A stretch of 64,000 nt of DNA, taken from Pseudomonadota bacterium. GTDB lineage: Bacteria; Bdellovibrionota_B; Oligoflexia; Silvanigrellales; Silvanigrellaceae. Location of the stretch: assembly GCA_039799905.1 (NCBI GenBank), contig JBDLRP010000048.1:10024-74023 (forward strand), read 5' to 3'. Numbering within the stretch: the stretch's first letter is position 1; every line of letters starts with the position of its first letter. The notes beneath the pieces were generated by a model, which worked only from the letters and a program-made list of their open reading frames with translations, ran no database searches and was not told the origin of the DNA. Below, piece after piece: positions 1 through 10,546 of the stretch. A program made the position numbers and the translations under genes.

Positions 1-2
1 GC

Positions 3-1448
3 GTGCGTGCGGGTTCGCAAGACAACCAAATCCGCTGCGACGCGGACCCGTACTATTTGACTTTGGAGACGGTGGGACTCGGAAAATTCCGCAATGTTGC
101 CGCGCTGCAGATTGATGCACACAGTTCATTGGGCAGCCTCGTGCAGTCATTTGTCACACATCCGGCCGCCTTCAGAGCGATTGAGATGGGACGCTGCGCC
201 GCGGTCGCCCTATCGCAAACCATCCGCTGGAATACTCCCTTCACTTTGCGCATGAGTCTTCGCACCGCCGAGAACAATCATCTGCAAAAGGAACGGATAG
301 TCCATGCAGAGGAATCCGTTTGGTTTGCAGCAGCCGATGAACCGCCCGCCAGACCAACATCAAACTCCTTGTCGCTGCGTGTCTTGGATGCTTTGACAAG
401 TCCCAATGGAGCTCTGTTGGCATCGGCCGAGTGTGACTGGGATATGCGCTTCAGCGGCGGATACGGATTTGTCTGGCCGCGCGATGCCGCGTTTGCCGGA
501 CTCGCCCTGCTCGAATGCGGACACAGCCAGCGGGCAGCGCGCGTTGCTGGATTTTTGTCAAAAGCGCTCGGCCAGTCGAACGACTTTGAACAACGCTACA
601 CAGACTCCGCCCAGCCAGCCCCGAGCTGGTGTCTGCGACAGCCCGATCAGCGGCCGCTCGTGTGTTTGCTCTGGATTGCTCTGCTGACCGAGCCGCAGCT
701 GCCGGAGTCGAAAAAAACTGAACTACGGATCAAGCTCAATACGTGCTTGTCGGCCATGGCCGATGAATTGCTGACGTGTCCGGACACTGCCCTGATGGGA
801 TTCGACCTCTGGGAAGAACGCGAAGGGCAACATTTTTTTGCTCTCGTCACCGCCTACGGTGCACTCATCCGCGGAGTCAATCACGCGCTCACCGATGTCG
901 CACAAGAACGCTACGGCGCAGCCGCACAGGTGGCCGCCCGTTTGGCACAGGGACACTTCAGTCCTCTTCATGCATGGCCTGCACGTACACGTTCAGCGAC
1001 GGGTCACGCCGACTTCACCGCAGACGCAAGTCTGCTGGCGTGCCTGATGCCAGTTCCTGAATTTCCACTCTCAGAACAGCAGCGTTCAGGCATGTTTCAT
1101 GCCCTGCGCGAAGCTCTGAGACACGGTGTGGGTTACCGTCGCTACGCCGGCGACACCTACCGCGGAGGGGGATGCTGGCCGCTGGTCGGCCTTTGGTTTG
1201 CTTTGGGCGCAGGTGAAGTTCTGGCCGCTGCCGAAGTTGGTCCATTCATGAGGTCGGCCCTGCACGAGGCCTCTGCCTCATCCACTCCGTTGGGCTATCT
1301 TCCCGAGCAAATTAACCCTGAGTCCAGCCAGCCCACATGGGTCGTGCCATTGGCTTGGTCACACGCTTTTTTCATGCAGTTGATGCATCGTAATAAAAAG
1401 ATTGAGGAAGCCAAGAAAATCCTTGATGAACCAGCCTTCCCTCACTAA
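3..1448 (+). CDS. Glycoside hydrolase family 15 (glucoamylase/trehalase-like), probably 5'-truncated by window edge
   Basis: GH15 motifs YGFVWPRDAAF, FDLWEE, RRYAGDTY, GYLPEQ, PLAWSHA; ORF open from the window edge. Confidence 0.85.
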   Translation: MRAGSQDNQIRCDADPYYLTLETVGLGKFRNVAALQIDAHSSLGSLVQSFVTHPAAFRAIEMGRCAAVALSQTIRWNTPFTLRMSLRTAENNHLQKERIVHAEESVWFAAADEPPARPTSNSLSLRVLDALTSPNGALLASAECDWDMRFSGGYGFVWPRDAAFAGLALLECGHSQRAARVAGFLSKALGQSNDFEQRYTDSAQPAPSWCLRQPDQRPLVCLLWIALLTEPQLPESKKTELRIKLNTCLSAMADELLTCPDTALMGFDLWEEREGQHFFALVTAYGALIRGVNHALTDVAQERYGAAAQVAARLAQGHFSPLHAWPARTRSATGHADFTADASLLACLMPVPEFPLSEQQRSGMFHALREALRHGVGYRRYAGDTYRGGGCWPLVGLWFALGAGEVLAAAEVGPFMRSALHEASASSTPLGYLPEQINPESSQPTWVVPLAWSHAFFMQLMHRNKKIEEAKKILDEPAFPH

Positions 1449-1537
1449 AACCCCGACACGCGACAGCCGGCCCCGCTGCTGATTCCGAAAGAATCGTAAT
1501 TCCGCCGAGATAAGGCTGTCTTCATCGGGAGATTCGC

Positions 1538-3436
1538 ATGCGTTCCATGGAGTATGATGTCGTTGTCGTCGGCGGAGGCCACGCCGGAATTGAAGCAGCA
1601 CTGGCAAGCGCGCGTATGGGACTCAAAACCTGTCTGCTGACAATGAGCATCGACCGCATTGGACAAATGTCCTGCAATCCGGCCATCGGCGGCACCGCCA
1701 AAGGTCATCTCGTCAAGGAAATCGATGCACTCGGCGGCGAAATGGGAGCGGCAATCGACTCGGCCGGTTTGCAATTCAGAATTCTCAACCGTTCCAAGGG
1801 CCCTGCAATCTGGAGTTCGCGTGCGCAGGCCGACATGGAACTCTACCGCAACTACATGCGCAAGACGTGTGAAAACACAGTGAATCTCGACCTGCATCAA
1901 GACACCGTCGCCACTCTGCTGTTGGAAGGCAACAGAGTCGTCGGAGTGAGCACATCACTCGACCAAAGGCTCAATGCAAAATGCGTTGTCATCACCACGG
2001 GCACATTTCTCAACGGACTAATTCACATCGGTGACCGGAGAATTACTGCAGGTCGCGTTGGCGAACCTGCGAGTGTGGAGCTCGCCGAAGCACTCAAAAA
2101 TTTCGGATTCAAGATGGGTCGGATGAAAACCGGAACGACACCGAGACTGGATGCCCGCTCGATCGATTTTTCAAAACTCGAACGGCAGGATTCCGATCCG
2201 GATTTTGTCCCCTTCAGTCTCAGAACAAAGAAGATCAGCCAGAAACTGCTGCCGTGCTACATCACCTACACGAACGAAGAGACGCACAGAATCATCCGTG
2301 AACACATGCATCTCTCGCCATTGTACAGCGGCATCATCACCGGAATTGGTCCGCGCTACTGCCCAAGCATAGAGGACAAGGTCGTCAAGTTTCCAGACAA
2401 GCTCTCGCACCAGATTTTCATTGAACCGGAAGGATACGACACGCACGAAATTTATCCGAACGGAATTTCGACAAGCCTGCCGGTCGACGTTCAGGAAAAA
2501 TTCCTCCGCAGCATTGCCGGTTTTGAAAACGCGGTGATCATGAAACCCGGCTACGCAATTGAATATGACTATATCCAGCCGACAGAACTGCATCCGACGC
2601 TGGAGGCGAAGGCGCTTGAAAATCTTTACTTTGCCGGGCAAATCAACGGAACAACAGGATATGAGGAAGCCGCCGCGCAGGGACTCGTCGCCGGGATAAA
2701 TGCGGCTCTGCGGGTGCAGAACAAACCGCCTTTTGTGCCGTCGCGTCAGGAGAGCTACATCGGCGTGCTGGTCGATGACTTGACCACACTGGGCACCCAG
2801 GAACCCTACCGGATGTTTACAAGCCGGGCCGAGAACAGGCTCAAACTTCGTGAAGACAACGCCGACGCACGTTTGCGGCACTATGCGCATCGATTTGGTC
2901 TTGTCAGCGACGAAGAATTTGCGGAATTTTCTTTGCGACAAGAACGCGTTCATGCAGAACGTGAACGTCTGCGCACGACGTGGCTCAACCCGACTCCCGA
3001 AACCAACCTGCGGCTCAAAACTGCCGGATTGCCGGAGCTTATGTCCACCTCAACCAGCCTTGACGCCTACCTCAAGCGGCCTGAAGTCGACGCTCAGCGT
3101 CTGTGCGCTGCGGGATTGATGGATGCTGAACTCGGCGAGCGCGTCCTGCGCTGCATTGAAATTGAAACAAAATACGACGGCTATATCCGCCGTGAAGAAG
3201 CACTCGGCGATCGGCTGCAAAAAATGGACGCCGTTTGGATTCCGCGGGAATTGGATTACTCGGGTATCTCCGGTCTGTCGCGTGAGGTGGTCGAAAAACT
3301 GCGCAAGCATTCTCCCAGCACGCTGGGTCAGGCCTCGCGCATCAGCGGCATCACGCCGGCAGCAGTGACGCTTTTGCATGCGGTGATTGAACGCAACCGT
3401 CAGTCGGCTGTCGGGCAAAGTCTTCCGACCCACTAA
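1538..3436 (+). CDS. mnmG: tRNA uridine-5-carboxymethylaminomethyl(34) synthesis enzyme MnmG (GidA)
   Basis: [15 protein letters not shown] motif, [47 protein letters not shown]. Confidence 0.98.
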   Translation: MRSMEYDVVVVGGGHAGIEAALASARMGLKTCLLTMSIDRIGQMSCNPAIGGTAKGHLVKEIDALGGEMGAAIDSAGLQFRILNRSKGPAIWSSRAQADMELYRNYMRKTCENTVNLDLHQDTVATLLLEGNRVVGVSTSLDQRLNAKCVVITTGTFLNGLIHIGDRRITAGRVGEPASVELAEALKNFGFKMGRMKTGTTPRLDARSIDFSKLERQDSDPDFVPFSLRTKKISQKLLPCYITYTNEETHRIIREHMHLSPLYSGIITGIGPRYCPSIEDKVVKFPDKLSHQIFIEPEGYDTHEIYPNGISTSLPVDVQEKFLRSIAGFENAVIMKPGYAIEYDYIQPTELHPTLEAKALENLYFAGQINGTTGYEEAAAQGLVAGINAALRVQNKPPFVPSRQESYIGVLVDDLTTLGTQEPYRMFTSRAENRLKLREDNADARLRHYAHRFGLVSDEEFAEFSLRQERVHAERERLRTTWLNPTPETNLRLKTAGLPELMSTSTSLDAYLKRPEVDAQRLCAAGLMDAELGERVLRCIEIETKYDGYIRREEALGDRLQKMDAVWIPRELDYSGISGLSREVVEKLRKHSPSTLGQASRISGITPAAVTLLHAVIERNRQSAVGQSLPTH

Positions 3437-3534
3437 CTCTCTCCATAGGTGTGCATGCTAGGATCAAATCGTGCGGAACGACTCTACCGGCCGATTGCCG
3501 GAAGGGAGTTCCGAACACGCAAACTTGATTCAGG

Positions 3535-3933
3535 ATGGTTCGTGCCATGGCATTACTCGACGGACAACTCACTTCGCGCAAATTTCAGCTGACAGTTCGC
3601 TGGACGCTGGTTGTTGCGCTCTGGGCGTTGCTGATGTCGATGGCATCCGGACAGGCCGGAATCTCCAACTACGTCGAGCTCGTCGGCAAACGGAATATTC
3701 TCGTCGATGTCAATATGCGGCTGAAGGTCGAAAACCAGTTGCTCGAAGAAAAAATAAAACTGCTCAAATCCAATCCTGCAGAGCAAATCCGCTTCCTGAA
3801 GGATGAATTCGGCTACGTGCAGGCAAACGAATACGTATATCGTTTCGACAAACCCGAGCAGCTTGAAAAAGTTACAAGCAAGAAAAAGAAAACGCAGACA
3901 TCTGAAATAAAATCGAACAATCCAAACGGCTAG
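3535..3933 (+). CDS. Septum formation initiator (FtsB/DivIC family) protein
   Basis: Single N-terminal TM, then GI..Y and a coiled coil (LKVENQLLEEKIKLLK), then FGYVQANEYVY, the FtsB/DivIC layout. Confidence 0.7.
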   Translation: MVRAMALLDGQLTSRKFQLTVRWTLVVALWALLMSMASGQAGISNYVELVGKRNILVDVNMRLKVENQLLEEKIKLLKSNPAEQIRFLKDEFGYVQANEYVYRFDKPEQLEKVTSKKKKTQTSEIKSNNPNG

Positions 3934-3939
3934 GAAACC

Positions 3940-4542
3940 ATGCGCAAGCATATTTTGTCATTTACATTGCTGGTGCTGCTCTCTTCGGGTCCCGCGTTCG
4001 CTGCTCCGCGCGAAAAAAAAGCAAAATCATTTGAACGTGAAAAAACGCAAAAACTCAATCCCGAACCGACTCAGGTCAAATCATTCGAACGCGAGAAAAC
4101 ACAAAAACTCAATTTCGAACCAACTCAGGTCGAATCTCCGGACGCAGTCCGCGGCGACGGCGAACCGAAAAATCCTCTGCTGACGCCCGCAGAGATTGAA
4201 TCCACAAATAAAGAGATAAAAAGACTTCGCGCCTTGATTGAATCAGGTCAGCAGATGCTGGCGGAATCGGAAGGCAATCAGAGTGCGCAAATAAAAATTA
4301 TGAGCACTCTGACACTCCTTGAACTTGAGATGCGAAAACTCAACGAAAAACTGCGCGGCTCGACACCGGCATCCGGTGAATCTGCCGCAGGCGTAGACTC
4401 AACTGTACCTGCCGAAGGCTCGACTTCTGAGAACCCCACGCAGACTGCTCAAGAGCAAATGAGACCTGCATCAAACGAGACTCCTGTTGATGCTGCGCCG
4501 TCCAACAACAACTCTGAGAGTATGAATAAAAAAGGAGAGTGA
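3940..4542 (+). CDS. Hypothetical exported protein with an internal 18-aa duplication
   Basis: Signal peptide ending AFA; coiled-coil middle; low-complexity tail. Confidence 0.7.
   Translation: MRKHILSFTLLVLLSSGPAFAAPREKKAKSFEREKTQKLNPEPTQVKSFEREKTQKLNFEPTQVESPDAVRGDGEPKNPLLTPAEIESTNKEIKRLRALIESGQQMLAESEGNQSAQIKIMSTLTLLELEMRKLNEKLRGSTPASGESAAGVDSTVPAEGSTSENPTQTAQEQMRPASNETPVDAAPSNNNSESMNKKGE
4024..4131 (+). repeat. 54-bp in-frame tandem repeat x2 (KSFEREKTQKLN[P/F]EPTQV)
   Basis: Units 4024-4077 and 4078-4131 differ at 5 synonymous codons and 1 non-synonymous codon. Confidence 0.95.
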
Positions 4543-4547
4543 GAGTC

Positions 4548-5048
4548 ATGTCCGTACGCCGCAGAAAATTCAGAAACTACTGGCTCAACGCCGAATTCCA
4601 GGGCCGCTACATCGTCGCCCTTATGGCGTCATCGCTCGTCGCGATGCTCCTCTATGGCTTCGTCTTTTACTCTCACGTCAAAGAAAACTATGACACGCTT
4701 GTCAAAATTTCACCAATGACAGACGAGACCAAGACTCAACTCTATGCGGAGCTCAACCGGATTATTGTCTATCTGAGCTTGAGCAGTATTGTCTTTTTCG
4801 CATTGGTTGCGATCATCGGACTCATCTATTCCCACCGCGTTGCCGGACCGCTGTTTAAAATCAAGAGCGTCTGCAAAGAGGTCTGCGACGGAAACTTCTC
4901 GGCACGCATCGCACTGCGACCGAACGACGAATTTCGCGATGTAGCTGAACAACTCAACAAAATGATTGATATCCTTCAAAGCAAGAGCAGCGAGCAGCAA
5001 TCACAGCAAGGTGACACTCAGCAAAACAGCCATCTGAAAGCTGTTTAA
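4548..5048 (+). CDS. Two-TM HAMP-domain membrane protein without an output domain
   Basis: Two hydrophobic helices, then SHRVAGPL...GNFSARIALRPNDEFRDVAEQLNKM (HAMP); ATG 4548 follows AGGAG (ORF track starts at GTG 4539). Confidence 0.8.
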   Translation: MSVRRRKFRNYWLNAEFQGRYIVALMASSLVAMLLYGFVFYSHVKENYDTLVKISPMTDETKTQLYAELNRIIVYLSLSSIVFFALVAIIGLIYSHRVAGPLFKIKSVCKEVCDGNFSARIALRPNDEFRDVAEQLNKMIDILQSKSSEQQSQQGDTQQNSHLKAV

Positions 5049-6307
5049 GGAAGAAATTCCATATCCGATAGAAACTTCGTCAATTCTTCCCGCTCTGTGG
5101 CCGACAGGCTGATACCACGCCCATTGTTCGGCGGAGGCATGCTGTTACTGTCCACACGCGAACGCGCACCACCCGCACTCGTCTTAACCTGTTGAAAGTT
5201 TCCGAACGGCGTGCGCGGGGCACTTGCATGACAAGACTGGCAGCGTGCGTCTATGAGCGCCTTAAACTTGTCGTTGTACTGCTGAGTAAGTTCTTCAGCC
5301 GACGGAGTGGCCGGAGCGTCTGGTTTGTCCGGTTCAGCAGTTTCAACTTCTTTTTCCGTCGGCTCAGGAACAGTTTCATTGTTGACCACCTCGACCTTCC
5401 CATCAGAGCTGTAGATTTTATTTCCACTCATGACAAAGACTCGTCCGACAGGTGCAATCACACCGTCGGCATCTGCACTGAGAGTCATACTGATCCGACT
5501 CGGAACGATTATATTCTTTCCTGCTTTGAATCCCTTGAATCGTCTGCCCTCGGCTGCAAACTGACCGCCGGAATCGCGCAGGATGTAGACAATGTAATCG
5601 CCAACAACCAACCATACACCTCGGCCGCGTATGACACCGGCGCCGGTGATCTTCGATGAATCAAAGTTTGCGAGACTGACGGAATCCAGTTTCAGATAAA
5701 ATTCTCTCTTCAGCTGCGGTTCCGCGTTCAACCAGATAATCCGATCTTTGAAAATTCCAACCAAATCGGTTTTCGATACGGAAATCACCCTCAGACCCGT
5801 CGACTTTTCATCCAAAATGGATGAAAGGTTTTCCTCAATCTTGGCTATTTCCGAAGCAATCCGTGCGCGGTAATAAATCTTGTCTTTGGTAATTCCCCAA
5901 TACTGTTGTTCGCCCATAGAATAAATCCACACGGGTTTTTCGGAGGTGTCGGAGATGGATGCCGTGTGAGTTTCAGCCCGCAGATCCTGAGTGTTGATGA
6001 CAACGCTCTTGCCGTCTTTACCGGCCACCATGACCGATTGATCGTCCAGGTAGGAGATGAGCTGGACAGAAGACTGCAGATCGTCGGAAATGCGTTTTCC
6101 CAGCTCCTCCTGCAGAGTGAGACTGACACCGGTGGATTCAAGAAAGGGCTTGAACTTCGCGTTTGCATAGTTGCTGTCGCCGGAAATGGAAACGCGATTG
6201 CTACAGGCGACAATCAGCGCAGCCAACACGAAGACAACTGGAATGTATTTTGTTGCAAACCTTCGAATCAAGATCTTATCCTTTTCTGAATTTGCCGACC
6301 TTATCAC
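5045..6307 (-). CDS. Lipoprotein with C-terminal monoheme cytochrome c domain
   Basis: Lipobox-like IVAC; C-terminal CQSCH followed by SMPP and LSATEREEL. Confidence 0.75.
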   Translation of the reverse strand: MIRSANSEKDKILIRRFATKYIPVVFVLAALIVACSNRVSISGDSNYANAKFKPFLESTGVSLTLQEELGKRISDDLQSSVQLISYLDDQSVMVAGKDGKSVVINTQDLRAETHTASISDTSEKPVWIYSMGEQQYWGITKDKIYYRARIASEIAKIEENLSSILDEKSTGLRVISVSKTDLVGIFKDRIIWLNAEPQLKREFYLKLDSVSLANFDSSKITGAGVIRGRGVWLVVGDYIVYILRDSGGQFAAEGRRFKGFKAGKNIIVPSRISMTLSADADGVIAPVGRVFVMSGNKIYSSDGKVEVVNNETVPEPTEKEVETAEPDKPDAPATPSAEELTQQYNDKFKALIDARCQSCHASAPRTPFGNFQQVKTSAGGARSRVDSNSMPPPNNGRGISLSATEREELTKFLSDMEFLP

Positions 6308-7784
6308 GTGGACGGAGAGTCAGGGACTGACCCGCTGCAGAGAGAATTGCCTCGGCGACAGCTCCGTCAATCGACCCCGCAGTCTGCGTTCCTGCATCCA
6401 GACCAAACACGCCGTCAGCCCATTCGAGTGTTCTGTTGTCAACAAAGGCAGTGGCGCTCGAGGGACCATAATAGGCGTTCTGAATAGCACCAAGCGGTCC
6501 GCCTTCGGAACCTTTGACAATGACAGCGATGCTGCTGACGGTATTGCTGTCCTGAACCCAGTCCTCATTGCGGCCTGAGCACGTTCTTATAAAAGCGATT
6601 CCATCCATGCCCTTTGCAATCAGAGAATTCGCCCAGACGTTGATTCCAACACCCGCTTCAATGATCGCAGTGTACATGTTTCCACTGTCGCCGCTGGGAG
6701 CACGATTCGCGTCGGGGTTGTGGAAGTCAGGAGTCTGCAAGCCGACACTCGACACAGTGCACAAACCGGTTTCAGCAAGTTTTGCAGCAATCGCCATTGA
6801 GGCCGCGCGGTCACAGTTGATCGAGCCAAGAGCATTGAAGTTCCCGTTGCCTAGGCTTGCGTAGCTGGTCTTGAGCGACTGCACTTCGACAGCAATCCTC
6901 TCGAGGTTTTCGAGCCACTGCGTTCTGACTTTCTTTGCATCTTCGTTGCCGTGCAATTCCTCAAACATTCGAATTTTGTTGGCCACCGATCCGGAAGCCT
7001 TGTCGTTCTCTTTGGGCACGTAGCTCTTGGCAATCAACTGATCGAGAGAGTTGATGAATGCAGCCGATTTTTTGCCCGATGCGACGATGGCACCGCCGTT
7101 GGGTCCGTCATCACGCACTTCGACTGCTCCGAAGGCAGCAACTCCGATCGGACTGAGCTGACCACTCGCCTGAATCATATGCGCTATGGATCCCGCTCCC
7201 GGAATCTGCCCGCGCTGATGAACACCTGTTCCCTGATAGCTGACAAACGAAGTCATTGAAATCTTATTCTGTGGAATATCTTTGATGAGCGAGTTGAAAC
7301 CCGGAAGCACCGCAGCTGTTCCATTCATCATGTACTTTCCAGTCAGCACCATGTCGCCGAACAGTTTATTTACCTTAGCTTCGGCAAACGCTGGGTGCGT
7401 CTGTGTCAGATCGGAAACCGAGCTGTTTCCAGTTCCAAAGGTCAGTGTTTGCAGCGGATTGTTTTGCGAGCTGAAACCGCTCAGGTTCAGAAAATTTCGA
7501 GGATCGTAGGATGTAGCCATGAAAATATCCAGGAAACTCACCTTCGGAAAACCCTGTGCGAGTGCCTCGGAAATAAAGATGAGCGATGGGCCGCCGCGAA
7601 ATGCGTCTTCCAGCACCGCAAGGGCATCCATTCCTTCAGCCCACGGATTCTTGGCTCTAAACTGTGCATACCAGTGTGCGAGTCCCTGCGAGACTCCGTA
7701 TTTCTGCAACCCCGACATCGCACCATAGCCGAGTCCGCCCAATAGCGCGCTCCTGAGCAGATGTCTTCTGTTGATTTGACTCAT
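6276..7784 (-). CDS. Tat-exported protein, DUF1501/DUF1552-like by architecture and context
   Basis: N-terminal INRRHLL twin-arginine signal; DFH motif; located among CxxCH lipoprotein genes. Confidence 0.55.
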   Translation of the reverse strand: MSQINRRHLLRSALLGGLGYGAMSGLQKYGVSQGLAHWYAQFRAKNPWAEGMDALAVLEDAFRGGPSLIFISEALAQGFPKVSFLDIFMATSYDPRNFLNLSGFSSQNNPLQTLTFGTGNSSVSDLTQTHPAFAEAKVNKLFGDMVLTGKYMMNGTAAVLPGFNSLIKDIPQNKISMTSFVSYQGTGVHQRGQIPGAGSIAHMIQASGQLSPIGVAAFGAVEVRDDGPNGGAIVASGKKSAAFINSLDQLIAKSYVPKENDKASGSVANKIRMFEELHGNEDAKKVRTQWLENLERIAVEVQSLKTSYASLGNGNFNALGSINCDRAASMAIAAKLAETGLCTVSSVGLQTPDFHNPDANRAPSGDSGNMYTAIIEAGVGINVWANSLIAKGMDGIAFIRTCSGRNEDWVQDSNTVSSIAVIVKGSEGGPLGAIQNAYYGPSSATAFVDNRTLEWADGVFGLDAGTQTAGSIDGAVAEAILSAAGQSLTLRPRDKVGKFRKG

Positions 7785-7823
7785 GGCGAAAGCCCCCTTC
7801 GATTCCGATTCAAACTTTTTCTT

Positions 7824-8498
7824 TCAACGCAATTCTGCAAACGTAGCCGAGGCAATGAACGCAGCGAGAATCTCGCGCTTCTTGGCGACATCAGCCACGC
7901 TGCACTCGGCAGCAAATTTGCCTGCCAATGGTCCTACGTCTGCATCCGAATAGGCCGGTATGCAGCGCTGCAGAATCTGTTTTGCTTTTTCCTCGGTCGA
8001 GCAGTCGCAGCGCGAGTCGGGACTGTTGAAGTTGCAGTTCCACGCGACAACATCGGCAACCGTCGCAAGTGCACCCATGTATGTGAGTGTCAGGTAACCT
8101 GCTGCCGTATCGACACGCGACACCCTCATTGGGTCGTACAGATCGCCAGCAAGCACTTCGATTATGTCTGACCGGCCCGCCGCCGCCTGAAAGTTTTGTC
8201 CGAGTATGGCCTTTCTTCCCTCTCCGCCGCCGCCGGAGATCATTTCCGGCTTGATTGCCAGCAGCCCATCCTGAAGACATTCGTTAATCGACCCGCGGAG
8301 AATTTCGCTGTTCTTGACAAGAAAACCCGGGGCGCCAAGAAAGTAATTGAACCTGCTTATCTTTTGTTTGGAGAGCTCCTTTGCTCCCGAGCTTCCACCT
8401 TGTGCGACGTTGACATTCGTGTCACCCGATTTTTTTGAACACGCCGCCGCCAGCGCGACAAGCGCGCATACACCGGCTGCATTGAGTAACTTGCGCAT
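7824..8498 (-). CDS. Hypothetical Cys-rich lipoprotein
   Basis: MRKLLNAAGVCALVALAAAC lipoprotein signal; ATG 8498 preceded by a G-rich SD. Confidence 0.75.
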   Translation of the reverse strand: MRKLLNAAGVCALVALAAACSKKSGDTNVNVAQGGSSGAKELSKQKISRFNYFLGAPGFLVKNSEILRGSINECLQDGLLAIKPEMISGGGGEGRKAILGQNFQAAAGRSDIIEVLAGDLYDPMRVSRVDTAAGYLTLTYMGALATVADVVAWNCNFNSPDSRCDCSTEEKAKQILQRCIPAYSDADVGPLAGKFAAECSVADVAKKREILAAFIASATFAELR

Positions 8499-8515
8499 CG
8501 ATACGCCCCCTTCGA

Positions 8516-10444
8516 TTAACGTCCAGAACATGCAAACGATTCGGTTTGGAAATAGGCTTTCATCATCGGCAGCAGCAATCCGTCGTTGCTGCTGAACGCT
8601 GCACTCACATCGCGGATGATCTCAATGTTCGTCGAGTTCGTGTTTGCGAAAGTGCTTGGTAAAAATCTCGTCAGACCACGCACGGTCGCAACACCCTTCA
8701 CGGGAGTGTCGGCGGTGTCGTTTTGGTGAATCAAAATATCGGCATAGCGCGCCAGATCATTTGCATACTTTGCCTTATCCATGTTGAGCGGGTCCGACGG
8801 ATCCGGAAAACAAGTCGCCTGCTCACTATTGTCGAGCTCTTCAAGGAGCTGACGGTAGAACGCAGGGTCAATGAATTTGAACTCGGTGGCAGACGAGTCT
8901 GTATGTGTGATGTGCGTGCGGTCATCAGGAGTGTTGTTGTTCGCGCGGACCGGCTGGATGAGATTCATGTCCGCATAGACTTTAACGGGGTTACCGTTGG
9001 CCGAGTTCATCATGCGAGGAAATATAATCTCACCCGAAAACCCGAATGGCCTGAAGACGACCGATGCTGCCGCAAGGTGGCGGTTCAGGTGACATCCCTG
9101 ACACACACGGCCATAAAACGGAATCGCAATCGCACCCCATGCAGAACGTTCGGAGCTCAGGTCGCCCTTCTTTTTGACAAACCAGCGCTTGTCGGCAGTC
9201 ACCTCCAGACACTGTGGGATTGGGCGTGGTTTTTCACCAGACACACCATCCGTGTTGGCCATCAAGACTTCACCGAAAATGACCTGATGGGTATCTCCTC
9301 CGCGGCCATAGTTGTTGTTGCTTTGAAACATCGCCGTTGGTTTTGAGACAAGAAAACCACGCGTGCCGAAAAAGTTCCCACGCTTTGCGCTCAAGGTACA
9401 CTCAGCCCATGTTCCAGCGGCTGGTGTTGCACAGGTTTCACGGTACTTTTCCTGCATCGGCTGGGGTAACGCATTCACCTCGCCTGCAACGGAATTGTAG
9501 AGCGGGGCCGTATTGGAAGTCACCATCACTTTGTTCATCAAGAACAATTGCGGGTACGAAACCTTCTCGTAGTTTGCCTTCACCAGCTGCGCAAACTCCG
9601 ACTGCAGATCCTCGACGGCTGCAGGCGGAAGCGGAGGCTCAACAGTTTTTCCGTTTACGCCTATTGCACCGACGTTGGCAATCTTCTGTGCCAGTCCAAC
9701 GACAGCCACATCCTCAAACTTCTTTTTCAGATCATCTCTGGAAAGAAGCACGTCGACAACCTTTTTCCTGACTTCGGCACTCGCCGGAGCATTCTTTTCA
9801 GATTCGCTCAAAAGGTCTCTTTCGAATGGCTCTAGCGGATTTATTTGTCTGCCCAGCGCGCGGCTCATGAAACGATTTTGGAAATCCCATCCGGTGATGA
9901 TCTTTTCGCATTTTGTGTTGAGTTGAACTTCAATATTGGAGCGGAATTCCGGTCGAGTTCCGAATTTGATTTCCGCCTCGCGGACCGCGCCCGGTAGTGA
10001 ATCTTGAAACCATGCAATCAGGTTGGGAAGTTTCTTCGCCTGATTCGCATCTTTAAAATCGGGCGGCATGGCCGAAGGCGAATCATTTTTTTTGAGGTGC
10101 TTGTGGACGAGCGCCTGATAGGCGGTCTGATTGAGCGCGGAGCCATCAAGCCAGCTTGCGTCCTTGAGGAGAATTTCCCGCGCAGGCATGGAGAATGCTG
10201 CCGCAAGTGGTTTTCCTGGACCGTGACACTCAAAACAGTTCTGGTCCATGAACTCAAGCGCTTCGCGGGTGCTCATTGGCGTCGGACGGCCCGAGGAGTG
10301 CTGATCCGAAACGCCCGTAAGACCACGTTTGACTGTTGTGATATCGTTTTTTGGGTTTGAACTGCAGGACGCCGCCACACCGGCGAACATTACAAAAAGC
10401 ATTCGGCACGCTAAAAAAGGTTTTCTTTTCTGAACTGCAACCAT
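8516..10444 (-). CDS. Diheme (2x CxxCH) lipoprotein, planctomycete-cytochrome/DUF1588-like
   Basis: Lipobox AASC; CFECH...AMPP; RGNFFGTRGFL; CQGCH. Confidence 0.7.
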   Translation of the reverse strand: MVAVQKRKPFLACRMLFVMFAGVAASCSSNPKNDITTVKRGLTGVSDQHSSGRPTPMSTREALEFMDQNCFECHGPGKPLAAAFSMPAREILLKDASWLDGSALNQTAYQALVHKHLKKNDSPSAMPPDFKDANQAKKLPNLIAWFQDSLPGAVREAEIKFGTRPEFRSNIEVQLNTKCEKIITGWDFQNRFMSRALGRQINPLEPFERDLLSESEKNAPASAEVRKKVVDVLLSRDDLKKKFEDVAVVGLAQKIANVGAIGVNGKTVEPPLPPAAVEDLQSEFAQLVKANYEKVSYPQLFLMNKVMVTSNTAPLYNSVAGEVNALPQPMQEKYRETCATPAAGTWAECTLSAKRGNFFGTRGFLVSKPTAMFQSNNNYGRGGDTHQVIFGEVLMANTDGVSGEKPRPIPQCLEVTADKRWFVKKKGDLSSERSAWGAIAIPFYGRVCQGCHLNRHLAAASVVFRPFGFSGEIIFPRMMNSANGNPVKVYADMNLIQPVRANNNTPDDRTHITHTDSSATEFKFIDPAFYRQLLEELDNSEQATCFPDPSDPLNMDKAKYANDLARYADILIHQNDTADTPVKGVATVRGLTRFLPSTFANTNSTNIEIIRDVSAAFSSNDGLLLPMMKAYFQTESFACSGR

Positions 10445-10467
10445 GCACCTACCCCTCGTGGGGCATA

Positions 10468-10495
10468 GGATCGGAAGAATTCAGAAAATCCTTTA
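10468..10495 (-). promoter_or_regulatory. Sigma-28 (FliA)-like promoter for the cytochrome/Tat cluster
   Basis: TAAAG-N15-TCCGATCC, about 25 nt upstream of ATG 10444. Confidence 0.5.
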
Positions 10496-10546
10496 AAAAC
10501 AGGATAATAATTTTTTTTAAATTAGTATTTTCTGGAACTTACAGAA

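Noticed and set aside
4024..4131. CRISPR-like or mobile repeat
   Set aside because: Two adjacent in-frame units with no spacers; a coding duplication
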